A stretch of DNA of 64,000 bases, from assembly GCA_963664195.1 (NCBI GenBank), contig OY760907.1, forward strand, positions 3,200,001 to 3,264,000. The letters run 5' to 3'. The notes under the pieces are model-generated. The model saw only the letters and a program-made list of their open reading frames with translations, had not been told where the DNA came from and did not search any database. Position 1 is the first letter of the stretch, and each line of letters begins with the position of its first letter. Below are positions 47,405-58,182 of this stretch, piece after piece. The DNA is from an uncultured candidate division Zixibacteria bacterium. GTDB taxonomy: Bacteria > Zixibacteria > MSB-5A5 > GN15 > FEB-12. The position numbers and the translations under genes are program-made.

Positions 47405-48867
47405 TCTCCTTTAACGAAGTTTCCAAACTCAATCGCAAGGGCAACATCATCCCGCTGCATGTGCGCATACCTTCCGATCTCGAAACACCCGTCTCGGCGT
47501 ACATGAAGCTGGCCCTTCGCAAGCGACAATCCTTTCTGCTGGAGTCAATCGAAGGCGGGGAGAAGCTCGCCCGCTATTCGTTCATTGGGTTCGATCCGTT
47601 CCTGCAAATAGAAGGCAAGTCCGATCAGACCGTACTAAGAAAGGGACGCTCCCACAAATCCATCAACGTCCCACCCATTGAGATACTCGATGAACTTTTC
47701 GCCGTCTACAAGCCAATCCGCGTCGAGGGCCTGCCACGGTTCACCGGCGGGGGAGTGGGTGTTTTCAGCTACGATACTGTGCGATGGGTCGAGAACGTCC
47801 CCGACGACAATCCTGACGAGATCGGCATGCCGGACATGTTGTTCGGCATGTACGCCAACCTGGTTGTGTTTGATCATCTGCGCCAGGAGATAGTGGTCAT
47901 TGCGAATATCCTTCACGATCACGGCCACCCCGGATTGAAGGCAAAGTACCAGCAGGCGAAGGCTCATATTGAGACCGTCGTCAAGAGACTACAGGCCCCG
48001 CTTCGCAAACCAAAAGCATTGGTGCTCAGCAAAAGAAGCAGGGTTGAGTCGCTGACTGCCCGTAAGGATTTCGAGTCTTCTGTCCGGCGGGCGAAGAAGT
48101 ATATCAAAGAAGGCGATATCTTCCAGGTCGTGCTCTCACAGCGCTGGCAGATCGAATCGGAACAGTCACCGCTGGAGGTGTATCGCCGACTGCGCAGGAT
48201 TAACCCTTCGCCGTACATGTTTCTGCTCAATTTCGGCGACAAGTCGGTAGTAGGTTCCTCGCCGGAAATGATGGTCCGTGTTGAGAACGGTGAAATTGAA
48301 ACGCGCCCCATCGCCGGCACTCGCCCAAGAGGAAAAACTGACGCCGAGGATGAAGCACGTATCGCCGACCTCCTCACCGACGAAAAGGAACTCGCCGAAC
48401 ACACGATGCTGCTTGATCTCGGACGGAACGACATTGGCCGCGTGAGCGACCCGGGCACGGTGCGTATCAAGGACCGAATGATTGTCGAAAAATACTCGCA
48501 CGTGATTCATATTGTCAGCTCGGTAGTCGGCAAGTTGCAGGATGGAGTGACGCCCCTCGACGGCCTGTTCGCCTGTTTCCCCGCCGGCACCGTCTCTGGC
48601 GCACCCAAGATTCGGGCAATGGAAATCATCGACGAACAAGAGACACTCCGACGCGGTGTGTATGCAGGAGCAGTCGCATATCTGGATTTCTACGGCAATC
48701 TTGATTCCTGTATTGCTATAAGAACAGTGGTAAATGCGAAGGGACACTACTATGTGCAAGCCGGTGCCGGGATCGTGGCGGATTCCAAACCAGCCCGCGA
48801 GTTCAAAGAAACAGAAACAAAAGCAGCGCCACTCATTGAGGCCATCGCCGGAGAGGTCGACCGATGA
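47401..48867 (+). CDS. trpE: Anthranilate synthase component I
   Basis: LLESIEGGEKLARYS, GDIFQVVLSQR, NPSPYM, PIAGT, PAGTVSGAPKIRAMEII. Confidence 0.95.
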   Translation: MISFNEVSKLNRKGNIIPLHVRIPSDLETPVSAYMKLALRKRQSFLLESIEGGEKLARYSFIGFDPFLQIEGKSDQTVLRKGRSHKSINVPPIEILDELFAVYKPIRVEGLPRFTGGGVGVFSYDTVRWVENVPDDNPDEIGMPDMLFGMYANLVVFDHLRQEIVVIANILHDHGHPGLKAKYQQAKAHIETVVKRLQAPLRKPKALVLSKRSRVESLTARKDFESSVRRAKKYIKEGDIFQVVLSQRWQIESEQSPLEVYRRLRRINPSPYMFLLNFGDKSVVGSSPEMMVRVENGEIETRPIAGTRPRGKTDAEDEARIADLLTDEKELAEHTMLLDLGRNDIGRVSDPGTVRIKDRMIVEKYSHVIHIVSSVVGKLQDGVTPLDGLFACFPAGTVSGAPKIRAMEIIDEQETLRRGVYAGAVAYLDFYGNLDSCIAIRTVVNAKGHYYVQAGAGIVADSKPAREFKETETKAAPLIEAIAGEVDR

Positions 48868-49433
48868 TCTTCATGCTCGACAATTATGATTCATTCACCT
48901 ACAACCTGGTACAGTACCTTGGTGAACTCGGCGCTGATCTCGAAATCGCCCGCAACGATGAACTCACCGCCGCCGATGTGTTGAGCATGGCCCCGGAAGG
49001 CATCGTGCTTTCACCCGGTCCCGGTCGGCCTGATGGCGCAGGCATCCTGCTGAATCTCGTCGAACTTGCGGCAGGGCGCATTCCGATTCTCGGCGTCTGC
49101 CTCGGACATCAGGCAATGGCACAGGCTTTTGGCGGCAGGATCGGATACGCGCCGTACCTCATGCACGGAAAAACGTCTGAAATCCACCACAACGGCTCCC
49201 TCCTGTTCAAAGACATCGATTCACCCTTTGTCGCCACACGGTATCATTCCCTGGTAGTCGATCCGGATTCATTACCGAAAGAATTCAACCTCACTGCCTG
49301 GACTGACGATAAGGTCATCATGGGCATTCAGCATCGGAAGTATCCGCTGTATGGAGTGCAATTCCACCCGGAATCGATCCTGACCGGCTGCGGCAAGAAG
49401 ATTCTCGGCAACTTTTTGGGAAGCCTCTCATGA
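48864..49433 (+). CDS. trpG: Anthranilate synthase component II (glutamine amidotransferase)
   Basis: DNYDSFTYNL, SPGPG, GVCLGHQ, RYHSL, QFHPES. Confidence 0.95.
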   Translation: MIFMLDNYDSFTYNLVQYLGELGADLEIARNDELTAADVLSMAPEGIVLSPGPGRPDGAGILLNLVELAAGRIPILGVCLGHQAMAQAFGGRIGYAPYLMHGKTSEIHHNGSLLFKDIDSPFVATRYHSLVVDPDSLPKEFNLTAWTDDKVIMGIQHRKYPLYGVQFHPESILTGCGKKILGNFLGSLS

Positions 49434-50440
49434 TCAACGGTGTACTGAACAAACTCCAGTCTGGGAAGGACCTCCATCGCGAAGAGGCTGTCCTCACGAT
49501 GGACACCATCATGGAGGGCAAGGCAACTCATAAGCAGATTGTTGACTTCCTGGTTGCACTCAACGAGAAAGGCGAACAGCCGTCGGAGGTGGCCGGGTTT
49601 GTCGAGTCGATGCGCAGCCACAGTGTTCGCATTCAGTTGGACGACGCCAACGCGGTCGATTGCGTCGGCACCGGCGGCGACGGATCTCATACATTCAACA
49701 TCTCTACAGCTTCCGGAATAGTGGCTGCCGCTGCCGGTGTGACGGTTGCCAAACACGGCAATCGGGCAGTAAGCTCAAGTTGCGGCTCGGCTGATCTTCT
49801 TGAGGCGACCGGTGCCGACATCAACCCGGGACCGGAGCGTGTTCGGGAGTGCATTCACCAGATCGGATTCGGGTTCATGTTTGCGCCCGGTTTTCACCCG
49901 GCTATGAAACATGCCGCTGGCCCCAGGAAAGAACTCGGCGTCCGCACGGTTTTCAACATCCTCGGTCCTATGACCAATCCTGCCGGCGTGAAACGTCTGT
50001 TGCTCGGTGTGTATGATAAGGCTCTCATGCCGATGATCGCCGACGTTCTTCATCTGACGGGTGCTGAGCACGTCATTATCGTTCACTCTCATGACGGTCT
50101 CGACGAGCTATCTGTAAATGCACCTACGGACTGCTACGAATTGAAAAACGGAGAAGTCACCCGATGGACGGTCTGTCCCGAAGATGTCGGCTTGGCCACT
50201 CACCCTGAAGGTGCCCTGCAGGGCGGAGACGCGGCGGAAAACCTCAGCATACTCACAGGCATCTTGAACGGTGAGCACAGCCCCTATCGCGATGCCGTGC
50301 TGTTCAATGCCGGGGCCATGATTCGTGTTGCGGACAAGACTGCGACAATTGCCGACGGTGTTTCGCTGGCGGCCAAGGCTATCGATTCGGGAATGGCCAG
50401 AGACAAACTTCAGCAATGGGTTGAATTCACCAGGAACTAG
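49430..50440 (+). CDS. trpD: Anthranilate phosphoribosyltransferase
   Basis: GTGGDG..TFNIST, KHGNR..SS..GSAD, RTVFNILGP, DGLDE. Confidence 0.95.
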   Translation: MINGVLNKLQSGKDLHREEAVLTMDTIMEGKATHKQIVDFLVALNEKGEQPSEVAGFVESMRSHSVRIQLDDANAVDCVGTGGDGSHTFNISTASGIVAAAAGVTVAKHGNRAVSSSCGSADLLEATGADINPGPERVRECIHQIGFGFMFAPGFHPAMKHAAGPRKELGVRTVFNILGPMTNPAGVKRLLLGVYDKALMPMIADVLHLTGAEHVIIVHSHDGLDELSVNAPTDCYELKNGEVTRWTVCPEDVGLATHPEGALQGGDAAENLSILTGILNGEHSPYRDAVLFNAGAMIRVADKTATIADGVSLAAKAIDSGMARDKLQQWVEFTRN

Positions 50441-50443
50441 CAG

Positions 50444-51775
50444 ATGGCTGTATCACCTCAGGATCAGAAGACCTCCGAGGGCATAGCTCAATCCGGGGGT
50501 GTTGTATCTGCAGGATCGCCCGTACGCGACTACATAGCCAGCGTCCGTCTTTTCTCGACCAACGCACGGTTGTATCTGACGGGGTCGTTTTTGATCGGAA
50601 TGAATTTCGCCGTCTTCAATCTCCTGTTCAATCTGTATCTGAAGGAACTCGGGTTTGTCGAGGGTGACATCGGCATGATCAACTCATGGCGTGCGATGGG
50701 CATGACTGCAGTTGCGATCCCTGCTGCAATGATACTCAGTCGCGTCCGCTTGAAACCGTTGCTACTAGTTGCCTGCGTCCTGTTTGCGTTCTTTTCGTTC
50801 GGCGTGACTACATATCAGCAGATGATCCTGTTGGCGGGCTTTTCGATCCTGTCCGGAATGGCCTTTGCCTTCTTCCGAGTAGCATCAGGACCGTTCTACA
50901 TGCGCAACTCAACGCCGAAAGAACGCACTCACCTGTTTTCCTTTTCCTTTGCCACACACCTTGCCGCGGGCATGCTCGGCTCCTGGGCAGCCGGTAATCT
51001 CGTAACAATTATCGGAGAACGCACGGGCGACATGGTCCTCGGCTACCAATACACGCTGTACACGGCGATAGCGGTCAGCTTTCTGGCCTTCATTCCGTTT
51101 AGCTTCGTGAAAGCAGCCAAGCCGTCCGCTGAAGAGAACCGCATATCGCTGAGTCTGGCCCAGTTTAAACGGCGCGGACGGTTCTATTTTCGGATCACGT
51201 TTGTTAATTTCCTGATAGGCACGGGCGCGGGGCTGATTATACCCTTTCTGAATCTGTATTTCCGCGACCGCTTTGGACTCCAGCCGGACCGTATCGGCCT
51301 GTATTTCATCCTGCTCTCATTCGGAATGTTGGTCGGCACACTTTCCGGACCGTTCCTCACGCGCAAGATAGGTCTCGTTAGGACAATCGTTCTCACACAA
51401 CTGGCCTCGATTCCGTTTATGCTCATTCTGGCGTATAGTTATTACCTGCCGCTCGTAGTGCCGGCCTTTGTTATGCGCGGTGGTCTGATGAATCTGGGAG
51501 TGCCTATTAGCAGCAATCTCGGCATGGAACTGGCGGAGAAAGATGAACAGGGGCTTGTCAACGCCCTCCTGATGATCTCCTGGACAGGCTCGTGGATGAT
51601 TTCAGTGTGGATTGGTGGACACGTCATCGAAGCCTTTGGATACACCGTCACTTTGAACATATCAATCGTGCTCTACATAATCTCGACCGTCGCCTACTAT
51701 TTCTTCTTTGGCAAAGTAGAGAGAAAAAACACTGACCGGCCGGGCTGGCATATCAGACAGGTGACGCACATATGA
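50444..51775 (+). CDS. MFS transporter embedded in the trp operon
   Basis: About 12 TM segments; LFNLYL..LG, PFLNLYF..RFG; overlaps the trpC start. Confidence 0.85.
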   Translation: MAVSPQDQKTSEGIAQSGGVVSAGSPVRDYIASVRLFSTNARLYLTGSFLIGMNFAVFNLLFNLYLKELGFVEGDIGMINSWRAMGMTAVAIPAAMILSRVRLKPLLLVACVLFAFFSFGVTTYQQMILLAGFSILSGMAFAFFRVASGPFYMRNSTPKERTHLFSFSFATHLAAGMLGSWAAGNLVTIIGERTGDMVLGYQYTLYTAIAVSFLAFIPFSFVKAAKPSAEENRISLSLAQFKRRGRFYFRITFVNFLIGTGAGLIIPFLNLYFRDRFGLQPDRIGLYFILLSFGMLVGTLSGPFLTRKIGLVRTIVLTQLASIPFMLILAYSYYLPLVVPAFVMRGGLMNLGVPISSNLGMELAEKDEQGLVNALLMISWTGSWMISVWIGGHVIEAFGYTVTLNISIVLYIISTVAYYFFFGKVERKNTDRPGWHIRQVTHI

Positions 51776-52551
51776 CCGATCTCCTGAGAAAAATAGCAAC
51801 CGAGCGACAGGCGGCGATCAATAACCTCAAGATACTTCGGCCGCTAAACAGCTTCGTGCATTCTCTGGCCGGGTTGCCGGGTTCTCGTTTCAAAACGGCA
51901 CTTGAGTCAGAAGGTCAGGTGAACATCATTGCAGAGATCAAAAAGGGCTCGCCCTCAAAGGGCGTCATGGTCGAAGACTTCCGACCCGCCGATTTGGCTG
52001 CACGATACAAAATCGGCGGCGCGGCGGCGTTGTCTGTGTTGACAGAAGAACAGCACTTTTTCGGCCATGCCGACTACATGGCAATCGCAAAAGACACCAG
52101 CGACCTCCCGGTGCTCTGCAAAGACTTCATAGTTGATCCGTACCAGATTCAGTTTGCAAAACTTATGAAGGCAGACGCCATCTTGCTCATCGCTGCCCTC
52201 CACACCAGAGAGTCGCTTGGCGCGTTTATCTCCACGGCTGAGCAAATCGGTCTGGACTGCCTCGTTGAGACTCATGATGCTCGTGAGATTGAGATGTCCC
52301 TTGAAGCTGGAGCCACCATACTTGGTGTCAATAATCGTAACCTCAAGGATTTCAGCGTATCACTCGAGACCTCGGAAACACTGGTCAAGCTGATTCCCGA
52401 CGATATTGTCAAAGTCGCAGAGTCGGGCATTTCCACGCCCGAAGATATTTCACGACTACGTGCTTGCGGGTTCAACGCTTTCCTGATCGGCGAGGCGCTG
52501 GTGACAGCAGACGATCCGGCGGCACTGCTTCAAACTCTGAGGTCGGCATGA
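51772..52551 (+). CDS. trpC: Indole-3-glycerol phosphate synthase
   Basis: IAEIKKGSPSKG, LSVLTE, KDFIVD, GVNNRNL, AESGI. Confidence 0.95.
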   Translation: MTDLLRKIATERQAAINNLKILRPLNSFVHSLAGLPGSRFKTALESEGQVNIIAEIKKGSPSKGVMVEDFRPADLAARYKIGGAAALSVLTEEQHFFGHADYMAIAKDTSDLPVLCKDFIVDPYQIQFAKLMKADAILLIAALHTRESLGAFISTAEQIGLDCLVETHDAREIEMSLEAGATILGVNNRNLKDFSVSLETSETLVKLIPDDIVKVAESGISTPEDISRLRACGFNAFLIGEALVTADDPAALLQTLRSA

Positions 52552-53183
52552 GGAAGTTCCGTGTCAAAGTATGCGGCATCACCAGACCGCAAGACGGGCG
52601 ACTCGCGGCCGAACTCGGTGCCGATATGATCGGTCTGATCTTCTATCGCAAATCACCCCGGTTTGTCTCTCAGGTGAACGCGGCAAAGATACTGAAGACC
52701 CTTCCGCCGATTGTCGCTCGCGTGGGTTTGTTTGTCGACGAGTCATTTGAGATTGTACTAAAAACCGCCGAGCGTCACACTCTGGACTACATTCAATTGC
52801 ACGGCAATGAAAACGCCGCTTACGTGAAACGCATCCAGAAAGCCGGTTTCCGCGTCATCAAATCGTTCACTATCGGAACGAGAGCAGACTACCGCGCAGT
52901 GACCATCAGCCCGGCTGACATTTGCCTCCTCGACAATCGCACCGATGAACGTCCCGGCGGCACAGGGGAGACATTTGACTGGTCGATAAAGCCGCTCAAA
53001 AAGATATCCAATCTCATGCTGGCCGGCGGAGTGACCGCAAGAAACGTAGTCGACGGTGTGAAAACCTTTAATCCGCTGATTGTCGACGTCAACTCCGGCG
53101 TGGAAAGCAACCCCGGCATCAAGTCCGCCGCCAAGCTCAAAGCCTTTTTCAAAGAATGTGACCGGATTCGCTATGGCAAATGA
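52548..53183 (+). CDS. trpF: Phosphoribosylanthranilate isomerase
   Basis: [33 protein letters not shown]. Confidence 0.95.
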   Translation: MRKFRVKVCGITRPQDGRLAAELGADMIGLIFYRKSPRFVSQVNAAKILKTLPPIVARVGLFVDESFEIVLKTAERHTLDYIQLHGNENAAYVKRIQKAGFRVIKSFTIGTRADYRAVTISPADICLLDNRTDERPGGTGETFDWSIKPLKKISNLMLAGGVTARNVVDGVKTFNPLIVDVNSGVESNPGIKSAAKLKAFFKECDRIRYGK

Positions 53184-54372
53184 CCAATGCACGCAACCTG
53201 ATTCAAAAGGCAGATTCGGCGATTTCGGTGGCCGATATGTCCCGGAGACAGTCGTTCACGCCCTCGATGAACTCGAAAAGGCCTACGCAAAGTTCAAGAA
53301 GTCGAGACCGTTCCAAACCGAACTACACGGATATCTCGCCTCGTTTGTAGGCCGTCCGACTCCACTGTACTTCGCTGAACGTTTCACGGAGTATCTAAAG
53401 GGTCCCAAAGTATGGTTCAAACGCGAAGACCTCAACCACACCGGAGCGCACAAGATCAACAACACGGTCGGGCAAATTCTCCTCGCCACGAAAATGGGCA
53501 AGAAACGAATTATCGCCGAAACCGGCGCCGGACAGCACGGATTGGCGACTGCGACCGTCTGCGCGCATTTCGGTTTGCCCTGCGTTGTTTACATGGGAGC
53601 CGAGGACATCTCAAGGCAGAAACCGAACGTCGATAAGATGCGCCTGCTCGGCGCAGAAGTCGTTCCGGTAACATCCGGTTCGCAGACGCTCAAAGACGCT
53701 ACGTCAGAAGCCATGCGGGACTGGGTAACCAACATCGCCGATACGTTTTACATAATTGGCTCCGTGGTTGGTCCCCACCCATATCCCATGATCGTACGTG
53801 ACTTCCAGTCCGTCATCGGCAAAGAGGCCAAACGTCAGGCACGCGCCCAATGGAAAGGGCTCCCGGATTACGTCATCGCCTGTATAGGTGGCGGCTCCAA
53901 CGCCATCGGGGCATGGGATGCTTTCCTCAACGAAGAATCCGTGAAACTTATCGGGGTAGAGGCTGCCGGCTGCGGACTGAAATCCGGCAAGCACGCCGCT
54001 ACACTCACCAAAGGCAAACCGGGAGTGCTCCACGGTTCATACAGCTACCTGATCTACGACAGCGACGGGCAGATCATCTTGCCGCATTCAATCTCAGCCG
54101 GACTCGATTACCCCGGAGTGGGACCACAGCATTCCTACCTGTATGAGAGCGGTCGTGTCAAGTATGGCTCGGTGACCGATGCCGAAGCTCTCCATACATT
54201 CAAACTTGTATCCCGACTCGAAGGTATCATCCCGGCGCTCGAGACCTCCCACGCTCTGGCATACATTGTGAAACACCATCGCAAGTTCAAGAAATCCGAT
54301 CGGATTGTGGTCTGTCTCTCCGGTCGTGGCGACAAAGACATGCCGATCATCAGCGCACAGGGGGAGCTATGA
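53173..54372 (+). CDS. trpB: Tryptophan synthase beta chain
   Basis: [49 protein letters not shown]. Confidence 0.97.
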   Translation: MANDQCTQPDSKGRFGDFGGRYVPETVVHALDELEKAYAKFKKSRPFQTELHGYLASFVGRPTPLYFAERFTEYLKGPKVWFKREDLNHTGAHKINNTVGQILLATKMGKKRIIAETGAGQHGLATATVCAHFGLPCVVYMGAEDISRQKPNVDKMRLLGAEVVPVTSGSQTLKDATSEAMRDWVTNIADTFYIIGSVVGPHPYPMIVRDFQSVIGKEAKRQARAQWKGLPDYVIACIGGGSNAIGAWDAFLNEESVKLIGVEAAGCGLKSGKHAATLTKGKPGVLHGSYSYLIYDSDGQIILPHSISAGLDYPGVGPQHSYLYESGRVKYGSVTDAEALHTFKLVSRLEGIIPALETSHALAYIVKHHRKFKKSDRIVVCLSGRGDKDMPIISAQGEL

Positions 54373-55157
54373 ACCGCATTAGGGAGATGCTCCACACACG
54401 CGACGGACGCAAACTGCTGGTGCCGTTCCTGACAGTCGGCTATCCAAACTTCAAGACGTCTGTCGAGTTGATCAGAACGGCAATCGACAGCGGTGCCGAT
54501 ATGGTCGAGCTGGGCATGCCGTTCTCCGATCCTATGGCCGATGGCCCCCAGATTCAGTACTCCTCGCAGATCGCATTGGACAACGGCACTTCTATGAATG
54601 ACGTTCTCGCAGCGGTCGAGCAGGTGCGTGCGATATCCGACGTCCCCATAATCCTCATGGGCTACTACAATCCGGTGCTTGCGCATGGTACCGCCAGGTT
54701 CGTTAGACAAGCAGACACTGCCGGTGCCGACGGGTTCATCATCCCGGACCTGCCGATTGACGAAGCAACAACATTCCGCAATTCTCTCGACAAACAGGAT
54801 ATGTCTGCCATATTTCTTGCGGCGCCGACCTCGACACCCAAACGTGTAAAACAGATCAACGCCGCCTCGACTGACTTCGTGTACGCCGTTACAATCGCCG
54901 GTGTGACCGGGTCGGGCCGTGGTTTCGATACTACTACCGACAACTACCTCCAGCGTTTGTCTGTCTCTCTGACCAAACCTTTTGTCGCCGGATTCGGCGT
55001 TTCCTCGCGCGAGTCGGCGTTGAGACTTTGCCACTTTGCCGACGGTGTTGTCATTGGTTCAGCGCTCATTCGCACCTACCGCGAAGCAAAGAACAAGAAG
55101 GCGGGACAACAGGCTATCGGCCGGCTGCTCAGAAGCATCCGAAGGGCCATTGACTGA
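54369..55157 (+). CDS. trpA: Tryptophan synthase alpha chain
   Basis: [36 protein letters not shown]. Confidence 0.96.
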   Translation: MNRIREMLHTRDGRKLLVPFLTVGYPNFKTSVELIRTAIDSGADMVELGMPFSDPMADGPQIQYSSQIALDNGTSMNDVLAAVEQVRAISDVPIILMGYYNPVLAHGTARFVRQADTAGADGFIIPDLPIDEATTFRNSLDKQDMSAIFLAAPTSTPKRVKQINAASTDFVYAVTIAGVTGSGRGFDTTTDNYLQRLSVSLTKPFVAGFGVSSRESALRLCHFADGVVIGSALIRTYREAKNKKAGQQAIGRLLRSIRRAID

Positions 55158-55263
55158 CAGCAAATGAGTCGCGATGCCGACGGACAACAAGTGTGGTTCA
55201 AAGAATTGATTTGCCATTGCCCCCCCAAAGCCTGATATTAACTGCTTCCATGAGCGGACAATT

Positions 55264-57087
55264 ATGACTGATATGACAAAAGACAAATACAAAGTACAGT
55301 TTGCAGATGCCGTCTCAGCCGCGAGCCGCAACCTGTTCCCCGATGCTCACAAAGCGATGGGGGATAAAGAGCTATTCGACTCTGAGACTCTCTACGGGTC
55401 ATTGGTCAAACCCAAAGACGCTTCCATGGGACGCTTCGCGTTTCCGGTGTTCAAGTATGCCGGGTTGCTGAAATCCAAGCCCCCCGAAATCGCATCCAAA
55501 ATCGCCGATGAGGCCAACCGTATTCTCGACCGCAGCGATACAGCCTCAATCATCCGTGTTGTCGCCGCCGGCGGCTTCCTTAACGGACAGGTCGACACCT
55601 CGGTCCTGACACGCGAAACCCTGAAAGCAGTTCTCATCGGTGAGAATGCTTACGGATCAAGTGAGCTGGGCAAAGACAAAACCTATCTGGTTGAGTACTC
55701 CTCGCCCAATATCGCCAAACCGTTTGGCGTCATGCACCTGCGTTCGACTGTCCTTGGCAACTCACTGCGTAGGATATACAAAAAGCTCGGATACACCACT
55801 GTGGGCATCAACTACCCAGGTGATTGGGGCACACAGTTCGGCAAAATGATTGTCGCCTATCAAAAGTGGGGCACTGAGAAAGACCTCAAGGGTGAGGCAG
55901 TTAAGAACCTTCTGGCATTGTACGTCAGGTTCCACGATGAAGCCAAGACCGACAACTCTCTGGAAGATCAGGCGCGCGAAGCGTTCAAGAAGCTCGAACA
56001 GGGCGATCCCGAGTGTGTGAGACTCTGGCAATTGTTCAAAGACGTCTCACACGCTGAGTTTGACCGCGTGTACGGACTCCTCGGAGTTGAATTCGATTGG
56101 GTCTACGGCGAATCAAAACTCAACGACAAAATGGAACCCGTTATTCAACGTCTCGAGAAAGCCGGCCTCACAGAAATCTCCGAAGGTGCACTGGTAGTGA
56201 AACTGCCGGACGAAAACCTTCCGCCGGTACTCCTCAGAAGGGGCGATGGCGCCACGCTGTATGCCACCCGCGATCTCGCCGGCATGGTCTACCGCTGGGA
56301 AGAATACCCGTTGTTCCACGAGTCGCTGTATATCGTCAACGTAGCCCAGACGGATCACTTCAAGCAGTGTATGAACGTGATCGCAATGCTCGAAGATGCG
56401 GAGCGGGCTCCCTCCGATCATCGGATGAGCGGCCGCATGAAACATGTCGATTTCGGTTGGTTGAGATTCGGCGACCAGACCATGTCTACGCGCGGCGGCA
56501 ATATCGTCCTGCTCGAAGAAGTCATAGACAAAGCTGCCGAACTCGCCCGCGAAAAGATTGTCGAGAAGAATCCCGACCTTAAGAAGATCGACGAAACCGC
56601 GCATATCATCGGGCTGGGGGCAGTCATCTTTTCTCAACTCAGCCTCAGACGACAACGGGACATCGACTTTCAGTGGGACGAGGTTCTCAGTTTTGAGGGC
56701 GAGACTGGTCCGTACTTGCAATACACCCACGCCCGTCTCTGCTCGCTGATGCGCAAGTACGACAGACCTGTGCCGGTTGATGTCGATTTCAGTTTGCTTT
56801 CAGGCGACGAAGAACAGCGGGTGATCGAGCTGCTCGCCGATTTCCCGAAAGTGATTCAAGATGCCGGCGAACAGTACGAGCCTTTCTTCATTTCGACTCA
56901 CCTGCTCAGGCTCGCCGCAGCCTTTAACAAGGTGTATCAGCGCAAGGATGAAGAAGGAAGCATTGACAAGATCATTTCCGACAACGACACCCTCACCGGC
57001 GCTCGCATTGCCCTGGTGAAGGCCGTTCAATTGGTGATAAACGAAGGTCTCTATCTGCTGGGTCTCGAGGCCCCGGAAGAGATGTAG
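55264..57087 (+). CDS. argS: Arginine--tRNA ligase
   Basis: VEYSSPNIAKP, GDWGTQFG, DGATLYATRDLA, MSTRGG, GPYLQYTHAR. Confidence 0.95.
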   Translation: MTDMTKDKYKVQFADAVSAASRNLFPDAHKAMGDKELFDSETLYGSLVKPKDASMGRFAFPVFKYAGLLKSKPPEIASKIADEANRILDRSDTASIIRVVAAGGFLNGQVDTSVLTRETLKAVLIGENAYGSSELGKDKTYLVEYSSPNIAKPFGVMHLRSTVLGNSLRRIYKKLGYTTVGINYPGDWGTQFGKMIVAYQKWGTEKDLKGEAVKNLLALYVRFHDEAKTDNSLEDQAREAFKKLEQGDPECVRLWQLFKDVSHAEFDRVYGLLGVEFDWVYGESKLNDKMEPVIQRLEKAGLTEISEGALVVKLPDENLPPVLLRRGDGATLYATRDLAGMVYRWEEYPLFHESLYIVNVAQTDHFKQCMNVIAMLEDAERAPSDHRMSGRMKHVDFGWLRFGDQTMSTRGGNIVLLEEVIDKAAELAREKIVEKNPDLKKIDETAHIIGLGAVIFSQLSLRRQRDIDFQWDEVLSFEGETGPYLQYTHARLCSLMRKYDRPVPVDVDFSLLSGDEEQRVIELLADFPKVIQDAGEQYEPFFISTHLLRLAAAFNKVYQRKDEEGSIDKIISDNDTLTGARIALVKAVQLVINEGLYLLGLEAPEEM

Positions 57088-57165
57088 AAACGAGTAGACG
57101 CAAACCTTGCCCGATAGACTGAGTCGCAGAACGCACCCGCATTTTAGAGCGACCGGGAGATATAA

Positions 57166-58182
57166 GTGCTAGTTGTAATGGAACGTGCCGCTACCGCCGA
57201 AATGGTGGCGAAAGTTTGTGACGAAATCAAAGAAATGGGATTGACGCCCCACCCGATGCCGGGCGCCCTGCGCACTTCTATCGGTGTCACCGGCAACAAA
57301 GGACAGGTCGACTCCGACCGGGTGATGACGCTCGACGGTGTCCGCGAAATCATCCATGTCACTCGACCCTACAAACTAGTTAGTCGCGAGTTCTTCCCCG
57401 AAGATTCCGTGATTGATGTTGGCGGTGTCAAGATCGGTGGCCCCGAATTCGTGGTCATGGCTGGCCCCTGTTCGGTGGAGAGCAAAGATCAGTGCTTCGC
57501 TATCGCTGAAAGAGTGGTCGCTTCCGGCGCAAAGATATTCCGCGGCGGTGCCTACAAACCTCGCACCTCACCATACAGCTTTCAGGGGCTGAAGGAGGAA
57601 GGTCTGAAGATTCTTGCACAAGTACGTGAAGAGTTCGGACTGAAAACCGTCACCGAGGCAATTGACACCGAAACCATCGAACTTGTGGCGTCCTACGCCG
57701 ACATCGTTCAGATCGGCGCCCGCAACATGCAGAATTACTCCCTGTTGAAGAAAGCGGGAAGAGCAGGCAAACCGGTCTTGTTGAAGCGTGGTATTGCTGC
57801 AACTCTCGACGAACTGCTCATGGCCGCCGAATACATCATGGCCGAGGGCAACCGCGACGTCATCCTGTGTGAACGCGGCGTTCGCACCTTTGCCGATCAC
57901 ACGCGAAATACGCTCGACCTGTCAGCTATTCCGTTCATCAAGCGCAACTCGCACCTGCCCATCATTGCCGACCCAAGCCACGGTACCGGACGAAAGGAAA
58001 AGGTCCTGCCACTGTCACGGGCTTCGATTGCGACGGGAGCCGACGGACTGATCATCGAGGTACATCACAAGCCACAAGAGGCACTATCGGACGGCGTCCA
58101 GTCGATTACGCCTGATATGTTCGATCAGCTTATGACCGAAATGCGCAAACTGGCCGTTGTCCTTGACAGGACCTCTTCGTAA
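57166..58182 (+). CDS. aroF: DAHP synthase (type I-beta, N-terminal regulatory domain)
   Basis: AGPCSVES, RGGAYKPRTSPYSFQG, QIGARNMQN, LCERG, ADPSHG. Confidence 0.93.
   Translation: MLVVMERAATAEMVAKVCDEIKEMGLTPHPMPGALRTSIGVTGNKGQVDSDRVMTLDGVREIIHVTRPYKLVSREFFPEDSVIDVGGVKIGGPEFVVMAGPCSVESKDQCFAIAERVVASGAKIFRGGAYKPRTSPYSFQGLKEEGLKILAQVREEFGLKTVTEAIDTETIELVASYADIVQIGARNMQNYSLLKKAGRAGKPVLLKRGIAATLDELLMAAEYIMAEGNRDVILCERGVRTFADHTRNTLDLSAIPFIKRNSHLPIIADPSHGTGRKEKVLPLSRASIATGADGLIIEVHHKPQEALSDGVQSITPDMFDQLMTEMRKLAVVLDRTSS

Noticed and set aside
46108..47529. Long antisense ORFs (46108-47529, also 16225-17127, 54135-55034, 62695-63594)
   Set aside because: They are shadows of well-supported genes on the opposite strand and have no recognisable motifs.
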